DNA of 64,000 nt from an uncultured delta proteobacterium (GTDB taxonomy: Bacteria > Desulfobacterota > Binatia > DP-6), in the NCBI GenBank assembly GCA_963815115.1, contig CAWFFN010000012.1, positions 64,001 through 128,000 on the forward strand, read 5' to 3'. Shown here piece after piece: positions 50,111-60,437 of this stretch. Positions within the stretch are counted from its first letter, which is position 1; the number at the start of each line of letters is the position of its first letter. The notes under the pieces were generated by a model. The model searched no databases. It saw only the letters and a program-made list of their open reading frames with translations, and was not told the origin of the DNA. The position numbers and the translations under genes were made by a program.

Positions 50111-53100
50111 GGGAACACCCCTCCCCGCTTGCCCTTCGGGCGCAGCCCCAGCTGGCCCGAGACGCACTGCTTGCCGGAGCTCATCGTGATCTCCAGCATC
50201 GACGACAGCAAGCCGTCCCGCTCGACTCCGCCGGCGATGATGGTTGCCCGCGGCGGACGGTTCTTCGGCAGCGCGAGCCGCACGCAGCTGACGGGCGGAC
50301 ACACGCTCCGCTTCTGATCGTAGAAGCCGAAGGTGTTGCGGAACAGCTTCTGCCATTCGCCGCTGCCTATCGTGCAGCAGACCTGCTCGCCGGAGCTGCT
50401 CCGGAGCTGGAGATGGACGTCCTGCGTCCGCGGGTCGAGCCCGCTGAACGCTCCGGTGGCCAGGGTCGTGTCCAGACGCAGGGTGGACTTGCCTGGCCGC
50501 AGGCGCGCCTGCGTGACGGTGAGAGGCTGGGCGGCGCAGCAGTCCGGATCCTCGCCGTCTATCAGACCGTCGCCGTCGTCGTCGATACAGTTGTCGCAGG
50601 TCTCGGTGCCGGCGGCGGGCGTGGTGGCGCTGGAGCTGCCGTCCTGCGGTGTGGGGTCGGTCTCGGCTGCGGAGGCAGCGGCCGTGTTGGTGAACGACGC
50701 GCTGCCGGTACGGGTGACGACGATGGTGGCCGTCGCCGCCGCGCCCGGCGCGAGGTCGCCCACGGCGCACGCGACGGTCGCTCCCGACGCAGCGCAGGTT
50801 CCCTGCGTGGCGCTCGCGGATCCGAACGAGACGGCTCCGGGCAGCGGGTCGGTGATCGTGACGGAGGTTGCCGGGGCGGGGCCGGCATTGGTGACGACCA
50901 GCATGTAGGTGAGGGTCTCGCCGACGCCGACGTGTCCGGGACTCGCCGTCTTCGTGAGGGCAAGGTCCGCTTGCGGGCCGGGCGGCGGCGGCGCACCGAC
51001 GCCGATCGTGGTGGTCGTGACCGGCGTGCTGGTCGCGGTGGGTGCAGTCGAGGACGTGGTCGTGGTCGTCGTCGTGTTGCGCACCATGATGACGGTGGTC
51101 ACCGCGGCCGCCGCATTCCCGGGTGTCGGATCGAGCGTCGCGCTGGCCACCGTCGCGGCGTTGGTGACGGAGGCGACGCCATCGAGCACGGTGTAGCTGG
51201 CCATGATGGTACGTGACTCGCCCGGCGCCAGGGTCCCGAGGCTACACGGGAAAGGCGTGGTGCAATCTCCAGCGTTGGACACGAAGGCGAGTCCGTCCGG
51301 GTTCGGGTCGTCGACCACCACGTCGACCGCAGTCGACGGGCCGCCGTTCGACACCGCGATGGCGTAGGTGACGGTCGCGCCCGGCCCGGCGCCGGTCGGT
51401 CCGGTCTTGGTGATCGACAGATCGGCCGCCGGCACCAGAGTGGACTCGACGGTCGCGGTGTTGTCGCCCGGGTCGGGGTCGGCACCCTGGGGGGGCGTGA
51501 CGGAGACCGCGTTGGTGATCGTTCCGAGGGCGTCCGGCCGGACGGTCCCGGTCACCGTGAAGATGACGCCCGTGCCGGCCGCCAGGTCGATCGAGGTCGC
51601 GACGTCGCCCGAGCCGCTCGGCTGCGAGCACGCCGCGCCGGTTTCCGCCTCGCACGTCCACGTCGCGGACAGCAGCGGGGCTGGCACGGGGTCGGCGACC
51701 GCGACGCCGGTCAGCGGACTCGGCCCGTCGTTCCGCACCGTGATGGTCCAGGTGGCCGGCAGGCCGGGGACGGCGTTCTCCGACCCGATCGTCTTCTGCA
51801 CCGAGACGTTGGCGCCCAGCCCGGCGATCACCGTCGCGGTGGCGCCGTCGTTCACGGGAGTGATCTCGGGTTGGTCGCCGCCGGTGCGAGTCGCGGTGTT
51901 GACGAAGGTGCCCGGCTGATCGACCCGCACCCGGAGCGCCAGCGTCGCCGAGCCGTTGCCGGGAAGGTCACCCAGGTTCCAGACCAACCCCGTCGAGTCG
52001 AACGTTCCCGCGGAGGGCGTCGCGGACAGGAGCGTGAGCCCCGATGGCAGCAGATCGGTCAGGACGACGCCGGTGACCGGCGGCCCCAGGGCACTGTTGC
52101 TCGCCTTCACGGTGAAGGTCACCTGGTCGCCGACCCGCACGCGCTCGCTGCTCACGGCCTTGGTCACGGTGATCTCGGAGGCGGTGCCGCCGTTCACCGG
52201 AGCGCCGTCGCGGTCGTTCAACGGGTTGGGATCGGGCTCGTTCTGCGATTCCTTCCGCGCGGTGTTGCCCTGCGGTGAAGGGTCCGTGATCTGGACCAGA
52301 ATGCCGAGGGCTGCCGATCCCTGGGGCGCGAGATCGCCGACCGTCCAGATCTTCGCCGCCTCGTCATAGGTCCCCTGGGTGGGAAACCCGGGCAGGATGC
52401 CGACCGGCAGCAGCCCCGGAGTCGGGAGGTCCGAGACGACGATCCCGGTCGCGGGCCCCGGTCCCGCGTTCGTCACGATGATGCCCGTCAGGACGACGTC
52501 GCCGACCGCTCCGCTCGCCGGCGTGGCGATCTTCTCGACCACGACGTCCGCCCGCTCGGGCCCCTCGTTCAGCAGGTCGCCGCTGCTGTCGTTGCCGACG
52601 ACCGGGTCGAATTCGATCGCTCCCGTCTTGGTGGCGAGCATGGCGATGCGACCCGGCTGCGTCACGCGCGCCGTGATGCGCAGCACCCGGGGCGTCGCGG
52701 GATCGGCGGGCAGGTCTCCGACCTGCCATTCCCCGGTCGCCTGGTCGAAGGTGCCGACGTCGGGCGTCGCCTCCACGAACTCGAGCCCCGCCGGCAGGGG
52801 CGCCGTCAGGACCACCGACGTCGCGGTGCTCGGGCCCAGGTTGGACACCCGCACGAAGACCGTCACCGTGTCGCCGACGAGCGCCGTATCCGGCTGAACG
52901 AAGACCTCGACCGCGACGTCTGCGACGCGGGGCGGGAACGCGTCGACACTCGACGAGTCATTGCCGGGAGTGGGATCGGGCGTGCCCGTGCTCACCCGGG
53001 CCTGGTTCGTCACCGCGGCGCCGGTGAAATCCGGGGCCACGCTGAAGCGCGATCGGATGGTACGGCTCTGAAGTGGTGGAATCGTGCCCAGGTTGCACGG

Positions 53101-55995
53101 GAACGCGGTCGAGCAGTCGCCCTCGTTCGACGTGAACGTCTGCACGGCGTCGGGGATGTCGCTCACGGTCACACCGGCGGCCGCGGACGGGCCGCCGTTG
53201 TGGACGACGAGGTCGTAGACCGCGGTCACCAGCCCGGTGTCGGGGTCGAGCTGGAACTCGAACACCGACTTCGACACCGACAGGTCGGCCTGGGGCTCGA
53301 GCTGGTCGGTGTCGGTGGCGGTGAGGCTGGAAGTGCCGCCGACGCCCGGGCTGTTCTGCGCCGTCACCGTGTTGGTCAAGGCGCCCGTGGCATCGGCAGC
53401 CACCCTGCCCGTGAGGTGGAGGGTGGCCGTCGCGCCCGCCGGGAGATTCACCGTGGTGGCGATCGCGCCTGAGCCGCTGGCCGGAGAGCAGCCTGCGCTG
53501 CAGGTCCAGGCGACGTTCGCGAGGCCTGCCGGGACGGGATCGCTGACGCTCACGGCCGGCGAGTCGTTCGGCCCGTTGTTCGTCAGCGTGATGGTGTAGT
53601 CGGTCTGGCTGCCCGGAACCACGCTCGTTCCCCCGTTGCTCTTGCTCAGGGAGAGAACCGCCACCGGAGCGCTCAGGCTGGTGGCGGCAGCGGCCGCGTT
53701 GTTGGTGCCGGCCGGGTCCGGCGTGAGGCTCGAGACGCTGGCCTGGTTCACGATCGGATCCGGCGCGGTGTAGCCGTTCGGCACGTGGAAGGTGACGTCG
53801 ATCCTGCGGCTCGCGCCCGCCGCCAGCGCGCCGAGATCGCACGGGAAGCCGGCGCACCCGCCGGTCGCGGACATCGAGCTGAGCCCCGAGGGTGTCGGGT
53901 CGTCCAGCATCACGCCCGCTGCGGGCGAGGGTCCCGTGTTCGTGACGACGATGGTGTAGGTGACGTCCGCGTTGGAGGTCGTCGTCGTCGGTCCCGACTT
54001 CGTCACCACCAGATCGGCGCTCGGTGTGACCGGCGACTGGACCGCCGCGACGATCGCAGCCAGCGGCCCGCCGCCGTCAGGGTCGACGGATGCGGTATTG
54101 TCGATGGTCCCGACGGCATTCACGTCGACGATGGCATCGAAACGCACGATCGCCGACGCGCCCGCCGCCACCTGCCCGGCCGGTGCGTCGGGACTCTCGA
54201 CGAGGCCTCCGGCTGCGAACGGCATCGTACCGCCCACGTCGGGCACAGCCAGGCCGTTGAGGGTCGTGGTGCCCGCGACGTAGGTCAGGCCGGCAGGAAC
54301 CGGATCGGCGAGTGTCACGCCGGCCGCGGCCGCCGCGCCGTCGTTGGAGACGGTGACCGTGTAGGTGAGCGACGTCCCGGGCGTCGCCGTGGGCGGATCG
54401 ACCACCTTGCTCTCCGTGATGCGTCCGATCCCCGTGGTCACGCTTCCGGACGCGAAGGTGGCGGACTGGACCGGCTGTCTCGCGCAGCTGACGAAGGTGT
54501 AGGAGAAGAGCGGCTCCAGGACGTAGGTTGCCGGTCCCGGCGGCGGGGGCACGGCATTCACGGTGACCCGGAACGTCACCGTCCGCGTCTGTCCGGCGGG
54601 GAGCGATCCCAGCGTCACCCCTGCAGCCGGATCCGCGCCCGCCTGCGGAACGCCGTCGACCGTGACGCTGTTCGCGACCAGCGAGGTTCCCGCGGGGAGT
54701 GGCGCCGTCAGGACCCCGTTGCCGGCGTCGATGGTGCCGGAGTTCGGGAGGGTAATGGTGTAGGTGAGCGTGTCGCCCACGACGGTCCCCGCCTTGTCCA
54801 CCGCCACGGTGGACCCGCTCAGGTCCGGCGCTCCGATGTCGATCTCGAGGGCGAGCGTCGTGATGACGTAGGTGTCGCCGGACGTCGTTCCCTGGGCGAA
54901 CGCCGACGTCTGGGCATTCACCAGCTGGGGCGACACGTCCACGTTGGTGATGTCCCAGCCCTGTCGGCCGCCGAACGTGCTCTTTCCGGGGCGGTGGTTC
55001 ACCGTACCGAAAGTGCCGCGGGTATCGAGCGTGCCCGACGAGTCGTTGAGCTGCGAGCAGAAGAAGTTGTTGCTCGGGTTGTTCGGACCGAACACGCGGC
55101 TCGTGTCCGGGAGCGAAGCGGTGGCGCCGAAGCGCATCGAGTCGCCGACGCCGGCGGCATCGCCCTCCATGGCGCTCACCGCCAGCCGGCCCGAGAGCCT
55201 TCCCGTGGGCGGCGTGCAGAACCCGCTCGCCTGCGCCGGCGGTCTTCCCGACTGCTCGGCGCCGGTGAAGATGGTGAGGTTGCGCACCGGCAGGGAGAAG
55301 TTCTCGTAGATGACCGCCAGCGCCCAGCCGGCATTGTTCAGGTCGTTCTCCGAGTTGCCCTGCGTGCCCGGGATGCCACCCGCGATGTAGACGCCCGCGC
55401 CTCCGGCCTGGACCAGAGCGGTGACCTCTGCCGAGCGCACGTAGAAGCACGGAATCCCGCTGCTGCAGCGGCCGTTCGTCAGCGGCGTGCCGAGCTGTCG
55501 CGCGGTGGCGGGGTCGGGCGTCACCGTCGCGAGGCCGGCCGGCGTGCTGAGGCTGACGGGCGTGTTCAGGAATGCGCGGACGTCCTCGCCGCCGTAGCTG
55601 TAGCTTCCGCCCCAGACGAGCTCGGCGTAGACGACCGTGCTGTTCGGCGGCAGATCGAGCGTCGCAGCCGACGAGTCGAGATGCCAGTCGCCGGTCGTGC
55701 CGGGGGGATAGGTGCCATCCTGCAGCGAGGTGTCCACGGAAATGAAGGTGCCGATCGAGTCCCCGGTGCCGGGCGCGTTGGCGTTCGTCGCCTTGCTCAG
55801 CCCGAGCGTGTTGCCGGTGAGGGTGATCGCACCGGTGGTGTTGACGCTGCGCCGCTGAAGGTACTGCGCGCCGGCATCCGTCGCGCAAAGCGCGATCGCG
55901 ATGGCGAGCGCGCCGGCCGCCTTCCCGGATCCGCGCCGATCCCGGACGCGCGAGCCGCCAGTATACTCCCCCACGTAAGGGGCGAATTCGCGCAC
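50107..55995 (-). CDS. Large secreted surface protein with ~11 DUF11 (Ig-like) repeats, Thr/Pro linker and Cys/Asp-rich C-terminal module
   Basis: Repeats AD[L/V].[V/I].K...G..[L/V]TY.[I/V].V.N.GPS...DP...N; TTTTTTTSST linker; CDNCIDDDGDGLIDGEDPDCC. Start uncertain. Confidence 0.88.
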   Translation of the reverse strand: MREFAPYVGEYTGGSRVRDRRGSGKAAGALAIAIALCATDAGAQYLQRRSVNTTGAITLTGNTLGLSKATNANAPGTGDSIGTFISVDTSLQDGTYPPGTTGDWHLDSSAATLDLPPNSTVVYAELVWGGSYSYGGEDVRAFLNTPVSLSTPAGLATVTPDPATARQLGTPLTNGRCSSGIPCFYVRSAEVTALVQAGGAGVYIAGGIPGTQGNSENDLNNAGWALAVIYENFSLPVRNLTIFTGAEQSGRPPAQASGFCTPPTGRLSGRLAVSAMEGDAAGVGDSMRFGATASLPDTSRVFGPNNPSNNFFCSQLNDSSGTLDTRGTFGTVNHRPGKSTFGGRQGWDITNVDVSPQLVNAQTSAFAQGTTSGDTYVITTLALEIDIGAPDLSGSTVAVDKAGTVVGDTLTYTITLPNSGTIDAGNGVLTAPLPAGTSLVANSVTVDGVPQAGADPAAGVTLGSLPAGQTRTVTFRVTVNAVPPPPGPATYVLEPLFSYTFVSCARQPVQSATFASGSVTTGIGRITESKVVDPPTATPGTSLTYTVTVSNDGAAAAAGVTLADPVPAGLTYVAGTTTLNGLAVPDVGGTMPFAAGGLVESPDAPAGQVAAGASAIVRFDAIVDVNAVGTIDNTASVDPDGGGPLAAIVAAVQSPVTPSADLVVTKSGPTTTTSNADVTYTIVVTNTGPSPAAGVMLDDPTPSGLSSMSATGGCAGFPCDLGALAAGASRRIDVTFHVPNGYTAPDPIVNQASVSSLTPDPAGTNNAAAAATSLSAPVAVLSLSKSNGGTSVVPGSQTDYTITLTNNGPNDSPAVSVSDPVPAGLANVAWTCSAGCSPASGSGAIATTVNLPAGATATLHLTGRVAADATGALTNTVTAQNSPGVGGTSSLTATDTDQLEPQADLSVSKSVFEFQLDPDTGLVTAVYDLVVHNGGPSAAAGVTVSDIPDAVQTFTSNEGDCSTAFPCNLGTIPPLQSRTIRSRFSVAPDFTGAAVTNQARVSTGTPDPTPGNDSSSVDAFPPRVADVAVEVFVQPDTALVGDTVTVFVRVSNLGPSTATSVVLTAPLPAGLEFVEATPDVGTFDQATGEWQVGDLPADPATPRVLRITARVTQPGRIAMLATKTGAIEFDPVVGNDSSGDLLNEGPERADVVVEKIATPASGAVGDVVLTGIIVTNAGPGPATGIVVSDLPTPGLLPVGILPGFPTQGTYDEAAKIWTVGDLAPQGSAALGILVQITDPSPQGNTARKESQNEPDPNPLNDRDGAPVNGGTASEITVTKAVSSERVRVGDQVTFTVKASNSALGPPVTGVVLTDLLPSGLTLLSATPSAGTFDSTGLVWNLGDLPGNGSATLALRVRVDQPGTFVNTATRTGGDQPEITPVNDGATATVIAGLGANVSVQKTIGSENAVPGLPATWTITVRNDGPSPLTGVAVADPVPAPLLSATWTCEAETGAACSQPSGSGDVATSIDLAAGTGVIFTVTGTVRPDALGTITNAVSVTPPQGADPDPGDNTATVESTLVPAADLSITKTGPTGAGPGATVTYAIAVSNGGPSTAVDVVVDDPNPDGLAFVSNAGDCTTPFPCSLGTLAPGESRTIMASYTVLDGVASVTNAATVASATLDPTPGNAAAAVTTVIMVRNTTTTTTTSSTAPTATSTPVTTTTIGVGAPPPPGPQADLALTKTASPGHVGVGETLTYMLVVTNAGPAPATSVTITDPLPGAVSFGSASATQGTCAASGATVACAVGDLAPGAAATATIVVTRTGSASFTNTAAASAAETDPTPQDGSSSATTPAAGTETCDNCIDDDGDGLIDGEDPDCCAAQPLTVTQARLRPGKSTLRLDTTLATGAFSGLDPRTQDVHLQLRSSSGEQVCCTIGSGEWQKLFRNTFGFYDQKRSVCPPVSCVRLALPKNRPPRATIIAGGVERDGLLSSMLEITMSSGKQCVSGQLGLRPKGKRGGVFP

Positions 55996-56083
55996 GCGTC
56001 GCGTTCAGTCAACGGAGGTCGTCGACGAGCACTGTTCCGCCTGCGACACCTGTCGCACGACACGTGTGGCCGACGCGCTGCCG

Positions 56084-56893
56084 TCACTCCAGTCGCGGGT
56101 GGCTCAGAGCGGGCAGCTCGCGCCGCACCCTCGCCAGGTAGGCGCGATCGATCTCCGCGAGCGCGACACCCTCGCCGTCTCCTGCCCGAGCGACGATCGT
56201 GCCCCAGGGATCGGCGATCAGCGAGCCGCCGTAGTCGGCGAAGCCGTGCGGGCTCACTCCGCTCTGATCGGCGGCGAGGAGATAGCACTGGTTCTCGATC
56301 GCGCGCGCGCGGCAGAGCACGTCCCAGTGCGCCGAGCCCGTGGTGAAGGTGAAGGCGGACGGAACGAGAAGAATCTCGGCGCCGGCGCGAACCAGTCGCC
56401 GGTAGAGCTCGGGAAAGCGAAGATCGTAGCAGATGGAAAGCCCCAGTGTGCCGAGCTCGGTGGGTACCACCACGGTCTCGTCACCCGGCGCGCGCGCGTC
56501 CGACTCGCGGACGGTGACCCGGCCGGGCAGATCGACGTCGAAGAGGTGGATCTTGCGGTAGCGCGCGAGCAGGTCCCCGCCGGGACCGAGCAGACAGCTG
56601 GTGTTGAAGCTCCGCCGCTCGCCGGGCACGTGCTCGAGGATCGATCCCATGCAGAGATGTATCCCCAGGGTTCGGGCCATTGCCGCCATGGTCTCGGTGG
56701 TGGGTCCCGGGATCGATTCGGCCTGCGCCGCCTCGTCCGCGCGCGGTCCCCGCCAGGCGAACACCTCGGGAAGCACGACGAGCCGAGCGCCGCGCGCCGC
56801 CGCCTGCTCTATCAGCGTCCGGGCGCGTTCCAGGTTGGCGTCGCGCCGGGACCCGGACGCCATCTGCACGACGGCGGCGAGGAAGCGCTCCAT
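56084..56893 (-). CDS. Carbon-nitrogen hydrolase (Nit1-like, deaminated glutathione amidase-like)
   Basis: E-K-C triad: LPEVF, YRKIHLFDV, ICYDLRFPE; ARAIENQCY. Confidence 0.92.
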   Translation of the reverse strand: MERFLAAVVQMASGSRRDANLERARTLIEQAAARGARLVVLPEVFAWRGPRADEAAQAESIPGPTTETMAAMARTLGIHLCMGSILEHVPGERRSFNTSCLLGPGGDLLARYRKIHLFDVDLPGRVTVRESDARAPGDETVVVPTELGTLGLSICYDLRFPELYRRLVRAGAEILLVPSAFTFTTGSAHWDVLCRARAIENQCYLLAADQSGVSPHGFADYGGSLIADPWGTIVARAGDGEGVALAEIDRAYLARVRRELPALSHPRLE

Positions 56894-57018
56894 GCGTCAC
56901 CGATCGGGTGGCGGAGCCCCGCGCGGAAGTCAACCGCGCATCTGCCAATCAGACCAAGGACGGATTGACCGGGGGCGCCTCGGTTCGATAGTCGCATGGC
57001 ACGCCCGACCGGCGTGAC

Positions 57019-58056
57019 ATGGACGGAGTGAGCAAGTCGGCGATCGGAGCTTGTCTCGCGGCATCGTTCGCCACGGCGATCCTGTGTGCGCCGCGCGAGG
57101 CGGACGCGCAGGTTTCCCGGGTCCTGTGCCAGCGGAAGAACGGCGCGCTCTACGTGCGCGTCGGCTTCTGCGCGAAGAAGGAGACCGAGGTCGACGTCGG
57201 GGCACTCGGCCTGGCCGGCTCGGAGGGACCGCCTGGACCTCCGGGCGAAGGCGGCGCCGCGGGCGATCAGGGGCCTCCCGGAACGGCGGGACCTCCGGGA
57301 GCGCAGGGCCCCACCGGACCGCCGGGGCCCCCGGACGGACCGCCGGGCCCGACCGGACCGATGGGACCGATCGGGCCCGGCGGCCCTACCGGCGACCAGG
57401 GTGTCGAGGGACCGGTCGGGCCACAGGGAGTGGTCGGCCCTGTGGGTCCCACCGGTTCGAAGGGCGACACGGGTCCGGTGGGTTCCACGGGACCGCAGGG
57501 CGTCGCTGGCCCTCCGGGAGAGACCGGCCCCGTGGGACCGACCGGGCCGGTCGGCCCGACAGGACCCCTTGGCCCGACCGGGGACACCGGACCGACGGGG
57601 CTCACCGGGTCGCAGGGGACCCAGGGTCCGAAGGGCGATCGGGGCGACGTCGGGCCTCGGGGTGACGTCGGACCCGCGGGACCGACCGGTGCCCCAGGGA
57701 CGGCGAGCGCCTTCCAGATCTCCAACCCGTTGCCCGTAGGACTTCCGAACGTGGTGGTGGGTCCCCTCTCGCTGGGCCCAGGAAGATACGTCGTGATTGC
57801 CAAGCTGCAGGCGACCAACAAGGGCGGCGGCAACCTCGTCGTGCTCTGCAACCTGCTGCAGGGCTCGACCTCGGCCGCGATCGACTCCACCGAGGCCAAC
57901 GTCGGTGCCGGGGCGATCCGGCCCATGGCGCTCATGGCGACGGCGGTCCTCGGCGCTCCGGACACCGTCTCCGTCTCGTGCCAGACCGATGACAACGACG
58001 GCGAGGCGGACCTGAGTCAGCTGATCGCGGTCACCGTCGACAACATCAACCCCTGA
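57019..58056 (+). CDS. Secreted collagen-like protein
   Basis: Signal peptide, small Cys-pair N-domain, Gly-X-Y helix, beta-rich C-domain. Confidence 0.9.
   Translation: MDGVSKSAIGACLAASFATAILCAPREADAQVSRVLCQRKNGALYVRVGFCAKKETEVDVGALGLAGSEGPPGPPGEGGAAGDQGPPGTAGPPGAQGPTGPPGPPDGPPGPTGPMGPIGPGGPTGDQGVEGPVGPQGVVGPVGPTGSKGDTGPVGSTGPQGVAGPPGETGPVGPTGPVGPTGPLGPTGDTGPTGLTGSQGTQGPKGDRGDVGPRGDVGPAGPTGAPGTASAFQISNPLPVGLPNVVVGPLSLGPGRYVVIAKLQATNKGGGNLVVLCNLLQGSTSAAIDSTEANVGAGAIRPMALMATAVLGAPDTVSVSCQTDDNDGEADLSQLIAVTVDNINP
57208..57705 (+). repeat. Collagen Gly-X-Y repeat, 55 triplets (14 + 41) with a single Asp interruption
   Basis: Counted directly from the translation; rich in GPT, GPV and GPP. Confidence 0.92.
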
Positions 58057-58066
58057 CGCAGCCGTC

Positions 58067-59992
58067 TCAGCGCGCCGCGCGCAGCTCCGCGGGCGCGGCG
58101 TCGATCGAGGCCTGGTCGCCGATGGCCGAGGCGAGCGGGGTGAACCGATTCCAGGCGGCCAGCGCCTCGTCCCGGCGTCCCGCCAGGAGGAGCGCCACCG
58201 CCAGCTGGTAGTGGGCGCCGTAGTGCGCGGGGTCGAGCGCGAGCACGGCCCGGTAGCGCTCGACCGCCGTCGCACCGTTGCCGAGCCGGTACGCATACAG
58301 CAGGCCGGCGCGCATCGGTGCTTCCGTGCTCGTGGGATCGGCGGCGGCGGCAGCGTCGTAGGCTGCCGCGGCCGCCGCCCACTCGCCGCGGCTCTCGAGC
58401 AGGCGCCCCTGCGCCAGCCACGCTCCGGCGTGCACCGCGTCCAGCCGGGTCGCCTCGCGGTACTCGGCGAGGGCCTCGTCACGTCGGCCGAGTCGCTCGA
58501 GGGCTTCGGCGCGACCGACGCGCGCCAGGGCGAATCCCGGATTGCAGCGCACGGCGTCGCCGGCCCAGCGCAGTGACGCGGCGGCGTCGTGCTCGCGCGC
58601 CGCGAGCGCGCTCAGGTTGAGCTGGACGTACGCGTAGCAGGGGCTCAGGCGGTGCGCTTCCAGGAGCAGCGGCCGCGCCTGCGCGAGGTCGCCGCGAGTG
58701 AGGGCGGCGTGGCCGGCGTTCATCCAGGCGCGCGCGTTGCGGGGCGCCTTCTCGGTTGCGTCGAGCCAGAGGCGGAGGTCGTCCCGCCACACCTCGTTGC
58801 GCGCGTGCGTGGTGGCACCGAGCAGCGTCAAGACGAACGTGACCACGACGGCGAATACCCACGGCGCCGGCGCGACCAGCCGCCGCGCCACGAAGCGCGC
58901 CGCGAGCCAGAGCCCGAGCGCCGCGATCGTTGCCAACCCCAGCATCGCCAGGTAGGGCCGGTGCTCGTTCACCGGCTCGGCGAGCGGGAAGAAGGTCGAT
59001 TCGGGCGCGAGCGTCAGCAGGAACCAGAGCGCACCGAAGGCGAACGCACGTCGCCTGCGCGCGAGCCGCCAGACGATCGCGCCCAGCCCGCCGAGCGCCA
59101 GCAGGCTGCCCCACGCCTGGACGTCCAGCAGCGAGCGCGCATAGGGGAAGTCGACGCGATCGATCACCAGCGCATCGGGCCACACGAAGAGCCGCAGGTA
59201 GTAGAGGAGCGCCGACCACTCGGTCACGAAGTACGTCCACGGCGTCGTGCCGGGCTGCCGGGCGGTTGCGAGCACCCACGGTGGCAGGAGGAGCCAGCGA
59301 TACACGAGGCCGGCCAGCGCGACGATGGAGAGCGCCGCGATGAATCTCCACGGCACGGGCCGGCGGCGATAGGAGGGTGCGACGAGCCGGTGCATGAGCA
59401 CCGCCAGCGGCAGCGTGACCGCGATCGATTTGGTGAGCATGGCGCACCCTGCCAGCACCACCGAGAAGACGCGGTGGTCGCGTGCGGCGGCGTCGAAGGC
59501 GGCGAGGTAGAAGACCGTGGTCAGCAGCGCGGAACGTGCCGACACGTAGTCGACCGCCTCGGTGTTCAGCGGATGAACGGCGACCAGCAGCGCGGCTGCC
59601 AGGGCGACCGGACCTCCCTCGGCGTCCAGCCAGAGGTGGTCGCGGACGATGCGGTAGACGAGCAGCGTCGCGAGCCAGTGCAGGAGGAGATTCACCACGT
59701 GATAGCTCCACGGGTCGAGGCCCGAGACGCGATGGTTGAGCGCCAGGCTCGCCACCAGGAGAGGACGCAAGTCCTTGTTCTCGCGCAGCACCGTCGTGGT
59801 GTTCGGGTCGGTGAAGAAGCGTGGCAGGTTGGCGAGGCTCCGGATCGCCGGGTTCTGCTCGACGGTGTGCCAGTCGTCGAAAACGAAGGGGACGTCGAAG
59901 GTGTTGGCGTACGCCGCCAGGACCGCCCCCGCGAGCAGGAGGGGTACCAGCCAGCGGCGAGCGGTGCCGGGGACATCGGCGGGCCAGCGCAC
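58067..59992 (-). CDS. TMTC-like (GT-C) membrane glycosyltransferase with TPR repeats
   Basis: FVFDD, RPL, YHVVNLLLH, HPLNTEAV, EHRPY, RN.VWRD, multiple TM segments, C-terminal TPRs. Confidence 0.85.
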   Translation of the reverse strand: MRWPADVPGTARRWLVPLLLAGAVLAAYANTFDVPFVFDDWHTVEQNPAIRSLANLPRFFTDPNTTTVLRENKDLRPLLVASLALNHRVSGLDPWSYHVVNLLLHWLATLLVYRIVRDHLWLDAEGGPVALAAALLVAVHPLNTEAVDYVSARSALLTTVFYLAAFDAAARDHRVFSVVLAGCAMLTKSIAVTLPLAVLMHRLVAPSYRRRPVPWRFIAALSIVALAGLVYRWLLLPPWVLATARQPGTTPWTYFVTEWSALLYYLRLFVWPDALVIDRVDFPYARSLLDVQAWGSLLALGGLGAIVWRLARRRRAFAFGALWFLLTLAPESTFFPLAEPVNEHRPYLAMLGLATIAALGLWLAARFVARRLVAPAPWVFAVVVTFVLTLLGATTHARNEVWRDDLRLWLDATEKAPRNARAWMNAGHAALTRGDLAQARPLLLEAHRLSPCYAYVQLNLSALAAREHDAAASLRWAGDAVRCNPGFALARVGRAEALERLGRRDEALAEYREATRLDAVHAGAWLAQGRLLESRGEWAAAAAAYDAAAAADPTSTEAPMRAGLLYAYRLGNGATAVERYRAVLALDPAHYGAHYQLAVALLLAGRRDEALAAWNRFTPLASAIGDQASIDAAPAELRAAR

Positions 59993-60045
59993 CCGGCCCC
60001 TCTACCCCGTACGCCCGTGATGGTGTAGCGCTTCGGGGGCGCGAC

Positions 60046-60073
60046 TGAAACGCTGGGCCGTCCCGGGCGTCTA
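60046..60073 (+). promoter_or_regulatory. ECF-sigma-type promoter of the MNIO operon
   Basis: TGAAAC-N16-CGTCTA, 50 bp above the precursor ATG. Confidence 0.6.
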
Positions 60074-60122
60074 AGCCGGCAACCCCAATCACTTCCCCAC
60101 GGGGGGAGACGAGGAGAGAACC

Positions 60123-60383
60123 ATGGATCGCGTGAACAAGGGTATCCTGATCGCAGCCGCCGCCGCGACGCTCCTGGCGAGCGGCGCCATCCAGGCCCGC
60201 GCCGAGGACAAGGCGGGCGGCGACAACGTGAAGTGCGTCGGCATCAACGAGTGCAAGGGCCACGGCGCCTGCGCGACGAGCGGGGGCAACAGCTGCGCCG
60301 GCAAGAACGCGTGCAAGGGCAAGGGCATGGTGGAAGTGCCCAAGGCCGAGTGCCAGAAGAAGGGCGGCAAGATCGCCAGCTGA
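60123..60383 (+). CDS. Secreted Cys-rich RiPP precursor (bufferin BufA2-like)
   Basis: Signal peptide followed by a six-Cys core with repeated C.G.N.CKG.G motifs; directly upstream of the DUF692 gene. Confidence 0.8.
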   Translation: MDRVNKGILIAAAAATLLASGAIQARAEDKAGGDNVKCVGINECKGHGACATSGGNSCAGKNACKGKGMVEVPKAECQKKGGKIAS

Positions 60384-60437
60384 TCCACGAGGGTCCGGGC
60401 CCCGGCCCTCACGGCCGGGGCACCGCATCCGCCTGCC

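Noticed and set aside
57267-57995. Second collagen-like ORF on the minus strand
   Set aside because: GGN-CCN codon symmetry makes the antisense of Gly-Pro repeats read Gly-Pro; it has no signal peptide or RBS.
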